A stretch of DNA of 64,000 nt, taken from NCBI GenBank assembly GCA_963737265.1, contig CAVTRY010000012.1, positions 288,001 through 352,000 on the forward strand, given 5' to 3'. Each line of letters starts with the position of its first letter. The first letter of the stretch is position 1. This document shows, piece after piece, positions 51,135 to 61,049 of this stretch. Position numbers and translations under genes: made by a program. The notes under the pieces were generated by a model. That model did no database searches. It had not been told where the DNA came from and was given only the letters and a program-made list of their open reading frames with translations. Origin of the DNA: an uncultured delta proteobacterium. Lineage in GTDB: Bacteria > Myxococcota_A > Polyangia > Fen-1088.

Positions 51135-52810
51135 GACGTCGATTCCTGGCCCTGTCGCTTTTGCTTTTGCCTTTTCCGGCCTGCAACGACGCCATCCCCA
51201 GCGATGCGACGCCCAACGATCTGCTGGCCACCGTGGCGCTCCAAGATCGCGTCGCCTTCGTCGAGAAGAATTCGCACACGGCGTTCCTGCTCGATCCCAC
51301 CGACAAGGCGCTCGTACCGCGCATGGTACAGGTCGGCAAGGCACCCGTCGCGGCGGTCAAGCGCAACGGCGATACCAACAACCAACTCCTCGTGCTGAGC
51401 AGCGGCGACCGCGGCTCGGCCCAAAACGCCCCCGTGGCGCCGCAGCTTGAGGCCATCGACGCGGTGGCTAGCGTGGCGCCCGTGACCTTCACTCTCGCCA
51501 GCCCTTTCGACGGCTTGGCCCAGTCGGCGGATGGCGCATTCGTCGTCCTTTACCATGCGTCGTCGACGCAAAGCTCCGCCAATTCCGCCCTCTTCAACCC
51601 CAACGAGCTGGCCATCGTCAATTTCAACCCGCAAGCCGCGGTTCCGCCCCTCGCGAACCCGTACGCCAAATCGATTCGCAGCTTCGGCGGCGTGCCGAGC
51701 AGCGTGGTGTTCTCGCCCTCGTTCACGTTCGCGGGCAAGTCGCGCACGCTGGCGGTGGTGTTGGCCGAGAACTACGTGACCATCGTCGACCTCAACAACC
51801 CCGACCGCAGCGAAATCACGGTACCGCTCTCGCCTGACGGCACGAGCAGCTTCATGCCGGCGCAAGTTCTGTTCGACAGCGACGATCCCAGCACCACCGC
51901 CAATCCCAAGAGCTACATCTACATACGGGCCGACGGTTCGGACGACATCTTCCAGCTTGCCCTCGCCGACCTCGGTACCGCACCGTCAACGTCGTCCAGC
52001 AACGACTTCCGCGTCTCGCTTTCCATGCTGGCAGCGGGAACCGGTCCGGCGGAGATGGCCCTCTATGGCACGGGCACCGCCAAGCGCCTGGTGGTGGCGG
52101 CGTCCGGCAGTCGGACCCTGGTGATTATCGATCCCAGCACGAGCAGCACGACCAGCGTGCCGACGTCCATTCCGGTCAATCGCATCGTGCGCTTCGACAC
52201 CACGAAAGCGACGGTGCCGACCGCGACGACGGACGAACAGGCCCTGCTCGTCGACGTCAGCAGCGGCAGCAGCAACGTGCTGTTCGCGGATTTGCACTCC
52301 ATCGAAACCTCGGGCGCCATCGCGCTCACCAGCTATCCATTGGGTTCGAGCGCCACTTCGGTGGTGCCGCTCGTCGATCAAGGAATCGCGGTGCTCATGC
52401 TTAACCAGTACGGCGGTTCGACGGCTCTTACGGTGGTGGATCTGGCCAACCGCACATTTTCCCCGATTGGAGCGGGCGGCCAGGTGGGCGCCACCGTCAT
52501 CGAGACGCGGGCGCCGAGCCGGCTGTGGAGCATCGATGCATCGTACGGGCTCAATTACCTAAACCTGGTGGCGCGCGGAAGCCAAGCACGCCTCGCGACC
52601 AGCGAGATCTGGCTGGACCAGGTCATCACCAGCGTCATTCCCTTCGGCTGGCCGAGCTCGGGTAAGCCCCACTATCTGGCCGTGGGGCAGGACGACCCAA
52701 ACAACGTCGGCAACGTGACGTTCCTCGATGCGGACAACCCCGACCGAACCACCGCGCGAACGGCCTACGGCTTTCTGCTGACAAACACCCTGGAGCGAGG
52801 ACAACCATGA
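51131..52810 (+). CDS. Beta-propeller-like lipoprotein
   Basis: Lipobox FPAC; beta-rich; ATGA-coupled to neighbours. Confidence 0.72.
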   Translation: MRRRFLALSLLLLPFPACNDAIPSDATPNDLLATVALQDRVAFVEKNSHTAFLLDPTDKALVPRMVQVGKAPVAAVKRNGDTNNQLLVLSSGDRGSAQNAPVAPQLEAIDAVASVAPVTFTLASPFDGLAQSADGAFVVLYHASSTQSSANSALFNPNELAIVNFNPQAAVPPLANPYAKSIRSFGGVPSSVVFSPSFTFAGKSRTLAVVLAENYVTIVDLNNPDRSEITVPLSPDGTSSFMPAQVLFDSDDPSTTANPKSYIYIRADGSDDIFQLALADLGTAPSTSSSNDFRVSLSMLAAGTGPAEMALYGTGTAKRLVVAASGSRTLVIIDPSTSSTTSVPTSIPVNRIVRFDTTKATVPTATTDEQALLVDVSSGSSNVLFADLHSIETSGAIALTSYPLGSSATSVVPLVDQGIAVLMLNQYGGSTALTVVDLANRTFSPIGAGGQVGATVIETRAPSRLWSIDASYGLNYLNLVARGSQARLATSEIWLDQVITSVIPFGWPSSGKPHYLAVGQDDPNNVGNVTFLDADNPDRTTARTAYGFLLTNTLERGQP

Positions 52811-53625
52811 CCACGGCGAAGACGTTGACAATGCGTGCAACCTACTCTGGATTGCTGATTCTGGCCGCCGCGCTGCCTTCCGCCGGCGCGGTCGCGCAAG
52901 CGGAATCGGATGCCGCGCCCGCTTGGCCATACGTGTACGCGCCCGCGCCACCCCTGCCTCTTCCCCCGCCAGCCGCACCCGCGCCACCGGTCTGGTCGTG
53001 GGCGCCGTCCCGTTTTGGTGTCGCGCTCGAGATCGGAACGATCTGGCCTCTCGACGCCGCGGACCGGCGACTGGTGGGGAATAATGCCCCCGGCAGCGGA
53101 GGACTTTCCCTGCAATGGGACGCTTTGCGCCTCGAACGCATCGCCACGATCGGTGTGGATCTCGGCTGGCTGACGAGCAAATCCACGACGAGTCAGGATT
53201 TTTCCGGGTTGCAGGAAGACCTCAAGAGCAATTCGATTTTTCTCGGCGTTTCCGTGCGCCACTATCTGCACTACTGGCTCGCTCCCTATGCGCGAGTCGC
53301 GGGTGGCATCGGCTGGGACAGCTTGACCGTGGGCAGCGGCAGCGGCGACCTTCACGACCGGCGTGCGTTCGGCGAAGCATCCGTCGGCGGCGGGCTCTTC
53401 TTCCGATCGCCACGTCTGCGCCTCGGGGCTTCAGCTTCGGCACCGGACGTCGGCCTGATGGCCCACGTCGAAGGTGGCTATATCGTGGGCACCAGCTCGG
53501 ATTTCGTTTTGACGTCCGCGCCGGCGAACGCAGCCTCGACCCCCATTCCAACTAGTCCCGTGGCCATCGGCAAGGTCGGGCACGACGCTCCCTACCTGCG
53601 CATCTCGTTCGGCCTCGCGTTCTGA
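52807..53625 (+). CDS. Outer-membrane beta-barrel protein
   Basis: Signal peptide, alternating beta-strands, C-terminal YLRISFGLAF. Confidence 0.72.
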   Translation: MTTAKTLTMRATYSGLLILAAALPSAGAVAQAESDAAPAWPYVYAPAPPLPLPPPAAPAPPVWSWAPSRFGVALEIGTIWPLDAADRRLVGNNAPGSGGLSLQWDALRLERIATIGVDLGWLTSKSTTSQDFSGLQEDLKSNSIFLGVSVRHYLHYWLAPYARVAGGIGWDSLTVGSGSGDLHDRRAFGEASVGGGLFFRSPRLRLGASASAPDVGLMAHVEGGYIVGTSSDFVLTSAPANAASTPIPTSPVAIGKVGHDAPYLRISFGLAF

Positions 53626-53727
53626 CCTTGGGAAACGCCCGCCGCGGCCGTCATCGTGGCCGTGGTCGTGGTCGTGGTGATCTTCGTCGGACACGGCGGC
53701 CACGACGACGACGTCTACGACCACCAT

Positions 53728-54306
53728 TCAGCGCCCCAACTGGGTGGCGCGTCCATCCTGGAAAGTCGCCCTTTTTCTGCCGCCTTCCGCGACGTCGCTG
53801 CGCTTGTCGCGGCATTGCGGGGTGCTTCCCTGAAATGGGGGCTGGGGCTTCACCTCGCTGGGATCGGAAGGAAAGACAGGGAGGAACGGAGGATCAGAGG
53901 GATCAAGGGTTGGGTTCACGAGGCGGCGGAGACCCTCGCGAAGTACGGGGACGTGGAAATTGACGAGCAGGCCCACCGGCAGTCGTAGGAGCTTGAGATA
54001 GGTAATGACCTGTGCCAAGTGGACAGGAAGCAACCGTTCTACCGCCTTGACTTCGACCACCAAACGGCCTTCCACCACGAGGTCGAGGCGATAGCCGCAG
54101 TCAAGGTCAAGTCCTTTGTACTGCAGAGGAATCGCGACCTGACGTTGCGTGCGAAATCCACGCAGGCCTAGCTCGCGCGCCAGGCAGTGCTCGTAGGCCG
54201 ACTCAAGCAGCCCCGGACCGAGGTGACGGTGGACCTCGATGCAGGCGGCGATAATTTGCCCAGTAAAGTTATGCTGTCTCTGATTCTCCGTTCCTCCCTG
54301 TTCCAT
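53728..54306 (-). CDS. GxxExxY family protein (PD-(D/E)XK nuclease)
   Basis: VHRHLGPGLLESAYEHCL...YRLDLVVE..VVEVKAV...AQVITYLKL. Confidence 0.92.
   Translation of the reverse strand: MEQGGTENQRQHNFTGQIIAACIEVHRHLGPGLLESAYEHCLARELGLRGFRTQRQVAIPLQYKGLDLDCGYRLDLVVEGRLVVEVKAVERLLPVHLAQVITYLKLLRLPVGLLVNFHVPVLREGLRRLVNPTLDPSDPPFLPVFPSDPSEVKPQPPFQGSTPQCRDKRSDVAEGGRKRATFQDGRATQLGR
53876..54301. repeat. 24-bp inverted repeats (53876-53899 and 54278-54301) enclosing the GxxExxY domain
   Basis: ACAGGGAGGAACGGAGGATCAGAG versus CTCTGATTCTCCGTTCCTCCCTGT, 23/24 complementary. Confidence 0.85.
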
Positions 54307-54493
54307 ATCTGCGTTTTCGGCGGCACTCCGCCAGAAGTTGCTACCTCACCGAGCCGCCGGCTGGGCCCCCGTTTCAGGGATGCACCCGGCATTGCGGACA
54401 GAGTCGCTTTCTTCGGCGTTCTTCTGATAATGTCGGAGCCGGGTAGGGCTAGGCACCGCGCCACATCCGGGGTGACAGCCCGTCCCGGACGCC

Positions 54494-57340
54494 ATGAAGA
54501 AGATCGTCGTCAAAGGCGCGCGCGAGCACAACCTCAAGAACATCGACGTGGAGATCCCACGCGACAAGCTCGTGGTGATCACCGGGCTGTCGGGTTCGGG
54601 CAAGTCGTCGCTGGCTTTCGACACCATCTATGCCGAAGGGCAGCGCCGTTACGTCGAATCGCTGTCGGCTTACGCACGCCAATTTCTCGAACAGCGCGGC
54701 AAGCCCGACGTGGATTCCATCGACGGACTGTCGCCGGCCATCGCCATCGAGCAGAAGTCGGGCAGCCGCAACCCGCGCTCCAGCGTCGGCACGGTCACGG
54801 AAATCTACGACTATCTGCGCCTTTTGTGGGCACGCGTGGGCGAGGTCTATTGCTGGAAGTGCGGCCAGCGCATTTTTTCGCAAACCATCCCGCAGATGGT
54901 GGATCGGGTGCTCGGCTTCCCCGAGGGCACGCGCTTTTCCGTGCTGGCGCCCGTGGTGCGCGACAAGAAGGGCGACTACGCCGGCGAGCTCAATCGCTTG
55001 CGCCAGGACGGTTTCGTGCGCGCCAACATCGACGGCGAGCTGTGCGAGCTGGCAGAGCCGCCCAAGCTCGACAAGGCCCAGAAGCACACCATCGAGGTCT
55101 TTGTCGACCGCTTGGTGCGCAAGGCGGGCATCGAACAGCGCCTGGCCGAATCCATCGAGCTCGCCGCCAAGCTGGGCAACGGGCTGGTGAAGATCTCGCC
55201 CTTGGAGGGCGACGATCTGCTGTTTTCGCAGAAATTCGCCTGCCCCGATTGCGGCGTGGGCCTGCCTGAAATCGGGCCGAGCCTGTTTTCCTTCAACAAC
55301 CCCGCCGGTGCTTGTCCGGCCTGCGACGGCATCGGCGCCACCATGTTTTTCGACCCCGATCTCGTGGTCGGCAATCCCGATCTGTGCCTGCGCGAAGGCG
55401 CCATCGATCCGTGGGAACGACGCAACAGCGCCTTCTTCCAGCAGGTTCTCGACGCGGTTTCGACAGCGTTCGACATCGATCTGTACCAGCCGTGGCACAA
55501 ACTGCCGGCCGAGAAGCGCAAGCTGATCCTGGAGGGTTCGGGCGGCAAGGAAATTCAATTTACCTTCGACAAGAACGGCCGCCAGCACACCTTCAAGAAG
55601 GAATTCGAAGGCGTGCTGGCGAATCTGCAGCGCCGCTTCGACGACTATCAGCGCCGCCGGCGCGAACAGGGGCGCAACAGCGACGAAGACTTCGAAGCGC
55701 TCTACGACGAGTTTCATCGCTACATGTCGCATTCGCCGTGCGCGGAATGCGGCGGCACGCGCCTGCGCAAGGAAGCACGCCACGTGCGCGTGGGCGGCAA
55801 GAACATCGTCGAGGTCACCGCTCTCACCGTCGCGCAGGTTCACGACTTCGTTCGCGGCCTGCCGCTGTCCCGGCGCGACTGGCAAGTGTGCCACCGCATC
55901 GTGCGCGAGGTGACGGCGCGCTTGTCCTTCCTCATCAGCGTGGGCGTGGACTACCTGTCCCTCGACCGTTCCGCGGCCACGCTGTCGGGCGGCGAGAGTC
56001 AGCGCATCCGCCTGGCCACGCAAATCGGCAGCGGTCTGCAAGGCGTGCTCTACATTCTCGACGAGCCGTCGATTGGACTTCACCAACGCGACAACGCCCG
56101 CCTCATCGAAACGCTCACCAAGCTGCGCGACCTCGGCAACACCGTGCTGGTGGTCGAGCACGACGAAGACATGATTCGCATCGCGGATCACGTCATCGAC
56201 ATGGGGCCGCGCGCGGGCGAGCTTGGCGGGCGCGTGGTCGCCGAGGGAACGCCCGAGGAAATCGAAAAGAACCCGCAGTCGCTCACCGGCGCCTATTTGT
56301 CGGGCGAAAAGGCCATTCACATCCCCAAGCACCGCCGACAAGCAAACCACCGCAGCCTGCTTCTGCAAGGTGCGCGCACCCACAACTTGCGCAACCTCAC
56401 CGTGTCCTTCCCGCTCGGCGTGCTCACCTGCGTGACCGGCGTTTCAGGGTCGGGAAAATCCAGCCTCATCGTCGACACCTTGCTGCCCGTGCTCAAGCAG
56501 CGCCTGCACGGCGCGCGGCCCGCGGACGCCGTGTTCGACGCCATCGAGGGCCTAGCCCACGTCGACAAGGTCATCGACATCGACCAGGCCCCCATCGGCC
56601 GCACCCCGCGCTCGAACCCCGCCACCTTCACCGGCATCTTCACCCACATTCGCGATCTCTTCGCCAACCTGCCCGAATCGAAAGCGCGCGGCTACAAGGC
56701 CGGGCGCTATTCCTTCAACATCAAGGGCGGGCGCTGCGAAGCCTGCCAGGGCGACGGCATTCTGCGCATCGAAATGCACTTCCTGCCCGACGTCTACGTC
56801 GAGTGCGAGGCGTGCGGCGGCCGGCGCTACAGCCGCGAAACCCTGGAAGTGAAGTACCGCCAAGCCAGTATCGCCGACGTGCTCGACATGACGGTCGGCC
56901 AGGCCTGCGGCTTTTTGCAAAACATTCCCAAGCTGCAACAGAAGCTCGAAACCCTGCGCGAGGTCGGCCTCGGCTACATCAAGCTCGGCCAGGCCGCGAC
57001 CACGCTCTCCGGCGGCGAAGCGCAGCGGATCAAGCTGTCCAAAGAGCTGGTCAAGCGCGCCACCGGCCGCACCGTCTACGTCTTCGACGAACCCACCACT
57101 GGCCTGCACTTCGCCGACATCGATCAATTGCTGCAAGTGCTGTCGCGCCTGGTCGACGCCGGCAACACCGTCATCGTCATCGAGCACAACCTGGACGTCA
57201 TCAAGACCGCGGATTACGTCATCGACCTCGGCCCCGAAGGCGGTCCCGGCGGTGGCCAAATCGTCGCTCAGGGAACCCCCGAAGACGTGGCCAAGGTCGC
57301 CGCCAGCCACACCGGCCAGTTCTTGAGGAAGGTGCTGTAG
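54494..57340 (+). CDS. uvrA: Excinuclease ABC subunit A
   Basis: GAREHNLKN, two Walker A GxSGSGKSS, zinc fingers, LSGGE signatures, 948 aa. Confidence 0.98.
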   Translation: MKKIVVKGAREHNLKNIDVEIPRDKLVVITGLSGSGKSSLAFDTIYAEGQRRYVESLSAYARQFLEQRGKPDVDSIDGLSPAIAIEQKSGSRNPRSSVGTVTEIYDYLRLLWARVGEVYCWKCGQRIFSQTIPQMVDRVLGFPEGTRFSVLAPVVRDKKGDYAGELNRLRQDGFVRANIDGELCELAEPPKLDKAQKHTIEVFVDRLVRKAGIEQRLAESIELAAKLGNGLVKISPLEGDDLLFSQKFACPDCGVGLPEIGPSLFSFNNPAGACPACDGIGATMFFDPDLVVGNPDLCLREGAIDPWERRNSAFFQQVLDAVSTAFDIDLYQPWHKLPAEKRKLILEGSGGKEIQFTFDKNGRQHTFKKEFEGVLANLQRRFDDYQRRRREQGRNSDEDFEALYDEFHRYMSHSPCAECGGTRLRKEARHVRVGGKNIVEVTALTVAQVHDFVRGLPLSRRDWQVCHRIVREVTARLSFLISVGVDYLSLDRSAATLSGGESQRIRLATQIGSGLQGVLYILDEPSIGLHQRDNARLIETLTKLRDLGNTVLVVEHDEDMIRIADHVIDMGPRAGELGGRVVAEGTPEEIEKNPQSLTGAYLSGEKAIHIPKHRRQANHRSLLLQGARTHNLRNLTVSFPLGVLTCVTGVSGSGKSSLIVDTLLPVLKQRLHGARPADAVFDAIEGLAHVDKVIDIDQAPIGRTPRSNPATFTGIFTHIRDLFANLPESKARGYKAGRYSFNIKGGRCEACQGDGILRIEMHFLPDVYVECEACGGRRYSRETLEVKYRQASIADVLDMTVGQACGFLQNIPKLQQKLETLREVGLGYIKLGQAATTLSGGEAQRIKLSKELVKRATGRTVYVFDEPTTGLHFADIDQLLQVLSRLVDAGNTVIVIEHNLDVIKTADYVIDLGPEGGPGGGQIVAQGTPEDVAKVAASHTGQFLRKVL

Positions 57341-57347
57341 CGAAGTC

Positions 57348-57642
57348 GATCCTGGTCAGTCACGCGGCACGCGACCCCGCCTGGTACCAAAATTCGATCG
57401 CACCCGCTCACGTCCGCTACCAATTTAGGATCGTCGAAAAGCGAAGGAACTCCCGGTGTTTGACGAAGGTGCCGGGAGCTTGCGGTGGGGCACGAAAAGG
57501 GAACGTAATCCGAGATCACGGGCCGAAAGTCACCACGCACCAAAGCATCAAACGCGCGTACCGCAGCAGACTCGCGCCGGCGCAAGATGCCGCGAACGAG
57601 GATGTTGGTATCAACGACCGCTCTAACGAGTGCCCGCGGCAC
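57348..57642 (-). pseudogene. PIN-domain toxin, degenerate
   Basis: RAVVDTNILVRGIL N-terminus; C-terminal half poorly recognisable, frame runs into uvrA. Confidence 0.6.
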
Positions 57643-57838
57643 GCCGGACTCGCTTCACGGCTCGGTTGACCACACGGTCGACATGACCATCCGCCCCGCT
57701 ATCACCTCGGCGTCGCACCTGGTTGACGAGAATGCGCAGCCGCATCTGAGGCGTCATCACAGCTTCGAGAAGCTGGGCCTTGTCCTCCATGGGCAGCGCA
57801 TCGATGCGCTGCTTAATTGCTGCCAATCCGCGCGTCAT
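57623..57838 (-). CDS. Putative antitoxin
   Basis: Small helical ORF overlapping the PIN start. Confidence 0.55.
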   Translation of the reverse strand: MTRGLAAIKQRIDALPMEDKAQLLEAVMTPQMRLRILVNQVRRRGDSGADGHVDRVVNRAVKRVRRAAGTR

Positions 57839-57912
57839 GGGAAGAAGTGTAACACGGGTGATACGCACGTGACCTTGAAGCGTCGGACCCAAATGGTCAG
57901 CCTCCTCCCGTT

Positions 57913-58107
57913 TCGACGCCGGCAACACCGTCATCGTCATCGAGCACAACCTGGACGTCATCAAGACCGCGGACTACGTCATCGACCTCGGCCCCGAAGG
58001 CGGTCCCGGCGGTGGCCAAATCGTCGCCCAGGGAACCCCCGAAGACGTGGCCAAGGTCGCCGCCAGCCACACCGGTCAGCTTCTGAGGAAGGTGCTGTAG
58101 CGGAGTC
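57913..58107 (+). repeat. Direct repeat of the uvrA 3' end (57153-57347)
   Basis: 195 bp with only a few mismatches, including the stop codon. Confidence 0.93.
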
Positions 58108-58539
58108 CTATTTTACCTCGCCGCCGACCTCGCCGATGCGCAGGCGTATCGCCGCCACGAATGCCTCGAAATCGGGCAAGTGGCGGTCGAGAACATCGCG
58201 CACCACATCGACGTCAACCTCGGCGTAGCCGTGGACCAGCACGTTTCGGAAACCACCCATGTCGCGCATGACGCCGGTCAGGGAAGGCGTGAGCCATCCG
58301 TGTCGGCCGAGCAACTCGAACAGCTCACGATTCGTGCGCGGTTCGCCGAGCCGGTTGTCCGACACGACATGAGAGGCGACGTCGAGTGCAGCTTGGATGG
58401 CGATCTGCAGGGTGTGCTCCACGAACCGGATCTCGCGCACGTCCGTGGACAATCGATCAGGCTTCGCCTGCTGGCGCAGCTCGCGCAGGCACGTCTCGAT
58501 GAACGCCAGCTTCTTGGCGACGAGATCCCGGTCGGTCAC
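58108..58539 (-). CDS. HepT/DUF86 HEPN ribonuclease toxin
   Basis: LQIAIQAALDVASH...GFRNVLVHGY (RxxxxH). Confidence 0.9.
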   Translation of the reverse strand: MTDRDLVAKKLAFIETCLRELRQQAKPDRLSTDVREIRFVEHTLQIAIQAALDVASHVVSDNRLGEPRTNRELFELLGRHGWLTPSLTGVMRDMGGFRNVLVHGYAEVDVDVVRDVLDRHLPDFEAFVAAIRLRIGEVGGEVK

Positions 58540-58943
58540 GCGGCACGCACCCCAGGCGCTCTTCGATAGCGCCGGAGCGCCGGCAGAATATCGAAGTACG
58601 CGTTGCGCGCGTCCACCTCGAACCGGATGCGCGCGGAACGATTGTTCTCGACCACGATCAGCCCGTCGCGCAGAACGCGGTGGACCAGATCCGGCGGCTG
58701 ACTGTCGAGCACCACCAGATCGACCCGCCGGCCGAGGCGCGTCTCCAGGTCACCGGCCAGGCCCAGCTTCAGCCCTGCCAGGCCCGAGTCCACCGGCCTG
58801 CCGTACAAGACAGCCACGTCCACGTCGCTGTCCGGCCCGCCTTCCCCGCGCGCCACGCTGCCGAACAGGTAGACGGCAGCCGCGTCCTCGTTTCCCGCCG
58901 CAAAAAACCGCGAGATCTCCTGTGCGAGCCGGTCGCGGTCCAC
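58536..58943 (-). CDS. MntA minimal nucleotidyltransferase antitoxin
   Basis: YLFGSVARG...SDVDVAV...VDLVVL. Confidence 0.9.
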   Translation of the reverse strand: MDRDRLAQEISRFFAAGNEDAAAVYLFGSVARGEGGPDSDVDVAVLYGRPVDSGLAGLKLGLAGDLETRLGRRVDLVVLDSQPPDLVHRVLRDGLIVVENNRSARIRFEVDARNAYFDILPALRRYRRAPGVRAA

Positions 58944-58960
58944 GCCGTTAGTCTACCCCA

Positions 58961-58979
58961 TGGTCGACGCGGGCAACAC
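58961..58979 (+). repeat. Third, short copy of the uvrA junction sequence
   Basis: TGGTCGACGCGGGCAACAC versus uvrA 57150-57168 TGGTCGACGCCGGCAACAC (18/19). Confidence 0.7.
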
Positions 58980-58987
58980 AAGACTAT

Positions 58988-59773
58988 TCAACCACTTTCA
59001 ACCATGGCGGGAAGGACGCCACCGGGCCGACCGAAGTGCGGCACGACCTTGTCGTCAGGGCCCGGCTGAATGAAGGTCTTCTTCGCGGGTGAATAAAAGA
59101 GGCACCCAATCTCGCCCGGATCGCGAGTCGAGAGAAAACGCTCCGCATCCGCCAGGGCGGCAAGCCAGCGCGCCTTCAGTTCGGGCAGGTCGACTGGCCC
59201 CACGAGATGGAGGCGGGCGAAATCCTCCGGCCGGTACTTGCCCCGACGGCGCAAGAGATCGAGAAGCATCGCTGGCGTGAACCCCGGATCCTTGCCCGCG
59301 GCGGCCCAGCACAAAGCGCCCAGGGGCAAGACACGCATCGCCTCGTGGATGTCGAGATAGTCGCGCGGTTCGTCACGCCCGACTAGCGCCAGCAGCTTGT
59401 TGATGGCCAAGTCGATCGGGTTCAAATGGAAGCCCGTGCGTTGCGTGCGAATCGTGGGCAGAAAACGCCAGGCCGAATCGTGCGCCCATTCTATCTTCGT
59501 CGCGTCGTCATGGTTCCGCACCAAGGCGCGCACGAAGCCAGGTTGCCGCATCAAGGTCTCGACCTCGAAGCCCGCTTGCACAAGCAGCTGGCTATCGTCC
59601 ACGAACGCCCTCGCGACCCGCTCCTCGGAATCGTGAAAGTAGTCGAGGTCGTTGCTGTAGCGTTTCGAGTTGGGCTCGATGTGCATCGCTGCTCCGCCAG
59701 CCAGGTAGCTGTCGGGTGAACGATTGACCGCGAGCAACTCGGCGATTGCGGCCTGAAAGGTCGTTAGCGGCAT
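58988..59773 (-). CDS. AbiEii-like nucleotidyltransferase toxin
   Basis: YLAGGAAM...RYSNDLDYF...NKLLALVGRDEPRDYLD. Confidence 0.8.
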   Translation of the reverse strand: MPLTTFQAAIAELLAVNRSPDSYLAGGAAMHIEPNSKRYSNDLDYFHDSEERVARAFVDDSQLLVQAGFEVETLMRQPGFVRALVRNHDDATKIEWAHDSAWRFLPTIRTQRTGFHLNPIDLAINKLLALVGRDEPRDYLDIHEAMRVLPLGALCWAAAGKDPGFTPAMLLDLLRRRGKYRPEDFARLHLVGPVDLPELKARWLAALADAERFLSTRDPGEIGCLFYSPAKKTFIQPGPDDKVVPHFGRPGGVLPAMVESG

Positions 59774-60030
59774 AGCCTTCCCCCAATCCGCCAGCCCTCG
59801 CGGCCGCCATGGGTCATGAGTTGCCGAGCGACCCAAGGGATGTCGGCCGCCGCGACGACATAGCTCTTCGGCGACGACCAGAAACACCTTGCATGGAAAC
59901 GCGCGAAGGCCCGCCTGGCCTCGCGCAGCCAGACCATCTGCCTGGCGGTATCCGGGTGGAGAGCCCGGCGGCTGCGGCGCCCCCCGCGGCGGCCGATTTC
60001 GGCCAGGTAGGATCGGACCTCAGGCGTCAT
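59764..60030 (-). CDS. Putative antitoxin partner of the AbiEii-like gene
   Basis: Small ORF (CFWS...WVARQLMTHGG) overlapping the toxin start. Confidence 0.65.
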   Translation of the reverse strand: MTPEVRSYLAEIGRRGGRRSRRALHPDTARQMVWLREARRAFARFHARCFWSSPKSYVVAAADIPWVARQLMTHGGREGWRIGGRLCR

Positions 60031-60245
60031 CCTAGGATCGTATGCCGCTTATGATAATAGTCAAGTAAGCCAGAGAAGTTAAGGACCATTCGGTGATTCG
60101 ACTCGTCATCCACTCTCCGGCCGAGAGCGCTCCGCGGGTCGCGGGGCCACGGGGCCGGAAAAGCTTTATTTGCCTGGAGAATTTTTTCGATGACTGCGGT
60201 TGCCGGTTCGTGACATATTCCGCGCCTGGTTGCGCGAGTTAGACG

Positions 60246-61049
60246 ATGCAAATCCAAATTCGCTTTTTCTTGATCGTATTGCTCACGTTGGTGGGGGCGC
60301 CCGCTTTTGCCAAGGGAAAGCCGTCCAAGACGGCGGAGCCCACCAGCAAGGAATCCCAAGAACGCGAGGCGCGCAAAGCCTGCCTTGAGGGTGACTATGC
60401 CAAAGGCGTGTCGATTCTCTCAGAGCTCTTCCTCAACTCAAAAAATCCCACGTACATCTTCAACCAAGGGCGCTGCTACGAGCAGTCCGAGAGGTACCAC
60501 GACGCTGTGAGTCGGTTTCGCGAATATATTCGTACGCCGGGCAGCGAGGACCCCGCGCTGGCGCAAAAGCACATCGCCGAGTGCGAGGAGCTGGAAGCTA
60601 AGAAGAACCCACCCGTTGTAGCACCAGCGCCTCAACCAGCGACCCAGCCGAGGTCGGCGATGTCGGCGACATCGGCCCAGCCAGAACAAGTCGTCGCGAT
60701 TCAGCAGCCGCAGCCGATGTCCTCGTCGGGCTCGGGGCTGCGCGTGTCGGGTGTGGTGATCGCCAGCGTTGGTGTGGCAGCGGCGGCTGGCGGCGTCATC
60801 CTCAACCTCAAAGCCAACAGCCTTGCGAAGAGCATCACGCCTCCCAACACCTACGACCGAGGCAAGGAATCGACCAGGCAGAGCTACGAAACCTTCAGTT
60901 GGGTTGGCTATGGCGTTGGCGCTGGGGCTATCGTGACTGGCGCGATCCTCTATGGCGTCGGCTTGAGCAAGGGCGGCGGCGATAGCGTGGCCTTGCTTCC
61001 CACGGTCGGACCGGGGCTCGTGGGTGCGGCTCTTCGGGGTGCCTTCTAA
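60246..61049 (+). CDS. Secreted TPR protein with C-terminal hydrophobic hairpin
   Basis: ARKACLEGDYAKGVSILSELF...IFNQGRCYEQ; ends GAF. Confidence 0.82.
   Translation: MQIQIRFFLIVLLTLVGAPAFAKGKPSKTAEPTSKESQEREARKACLEGDYAKGVSILSELFLNSKNPTYIFNQGRCYEQSERYHDAVSRFREYIRTPGSEDPALAQKHIAECEELEAKKNPPVVAPAPQPATQPRSAMSATSAQPEQVVAIQQPQPMSSSGSGLRVSGVVIASVGVAAAAGGVILNLKANSLAKSITPPNTYDRGKESTRQSYETFSWVGYGVGAGAIVTGAILYGVGLSKGGGDSVALLPTVGPGLVGAALRGAF

Noticed and set aside
54449-57669. Long alternative ORFs overlapping uvrA (and similar ones over the SSS and ara genes)
   Set aside because: Shadow frames typical of high-GC DNA; Arg/Ala-rich with no recognisable motifs
57913-58107. Diversity-generating retroelement template repeat
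   Set aside because: No reverse transcriptase in the window, and mismatches are not adenine-specific
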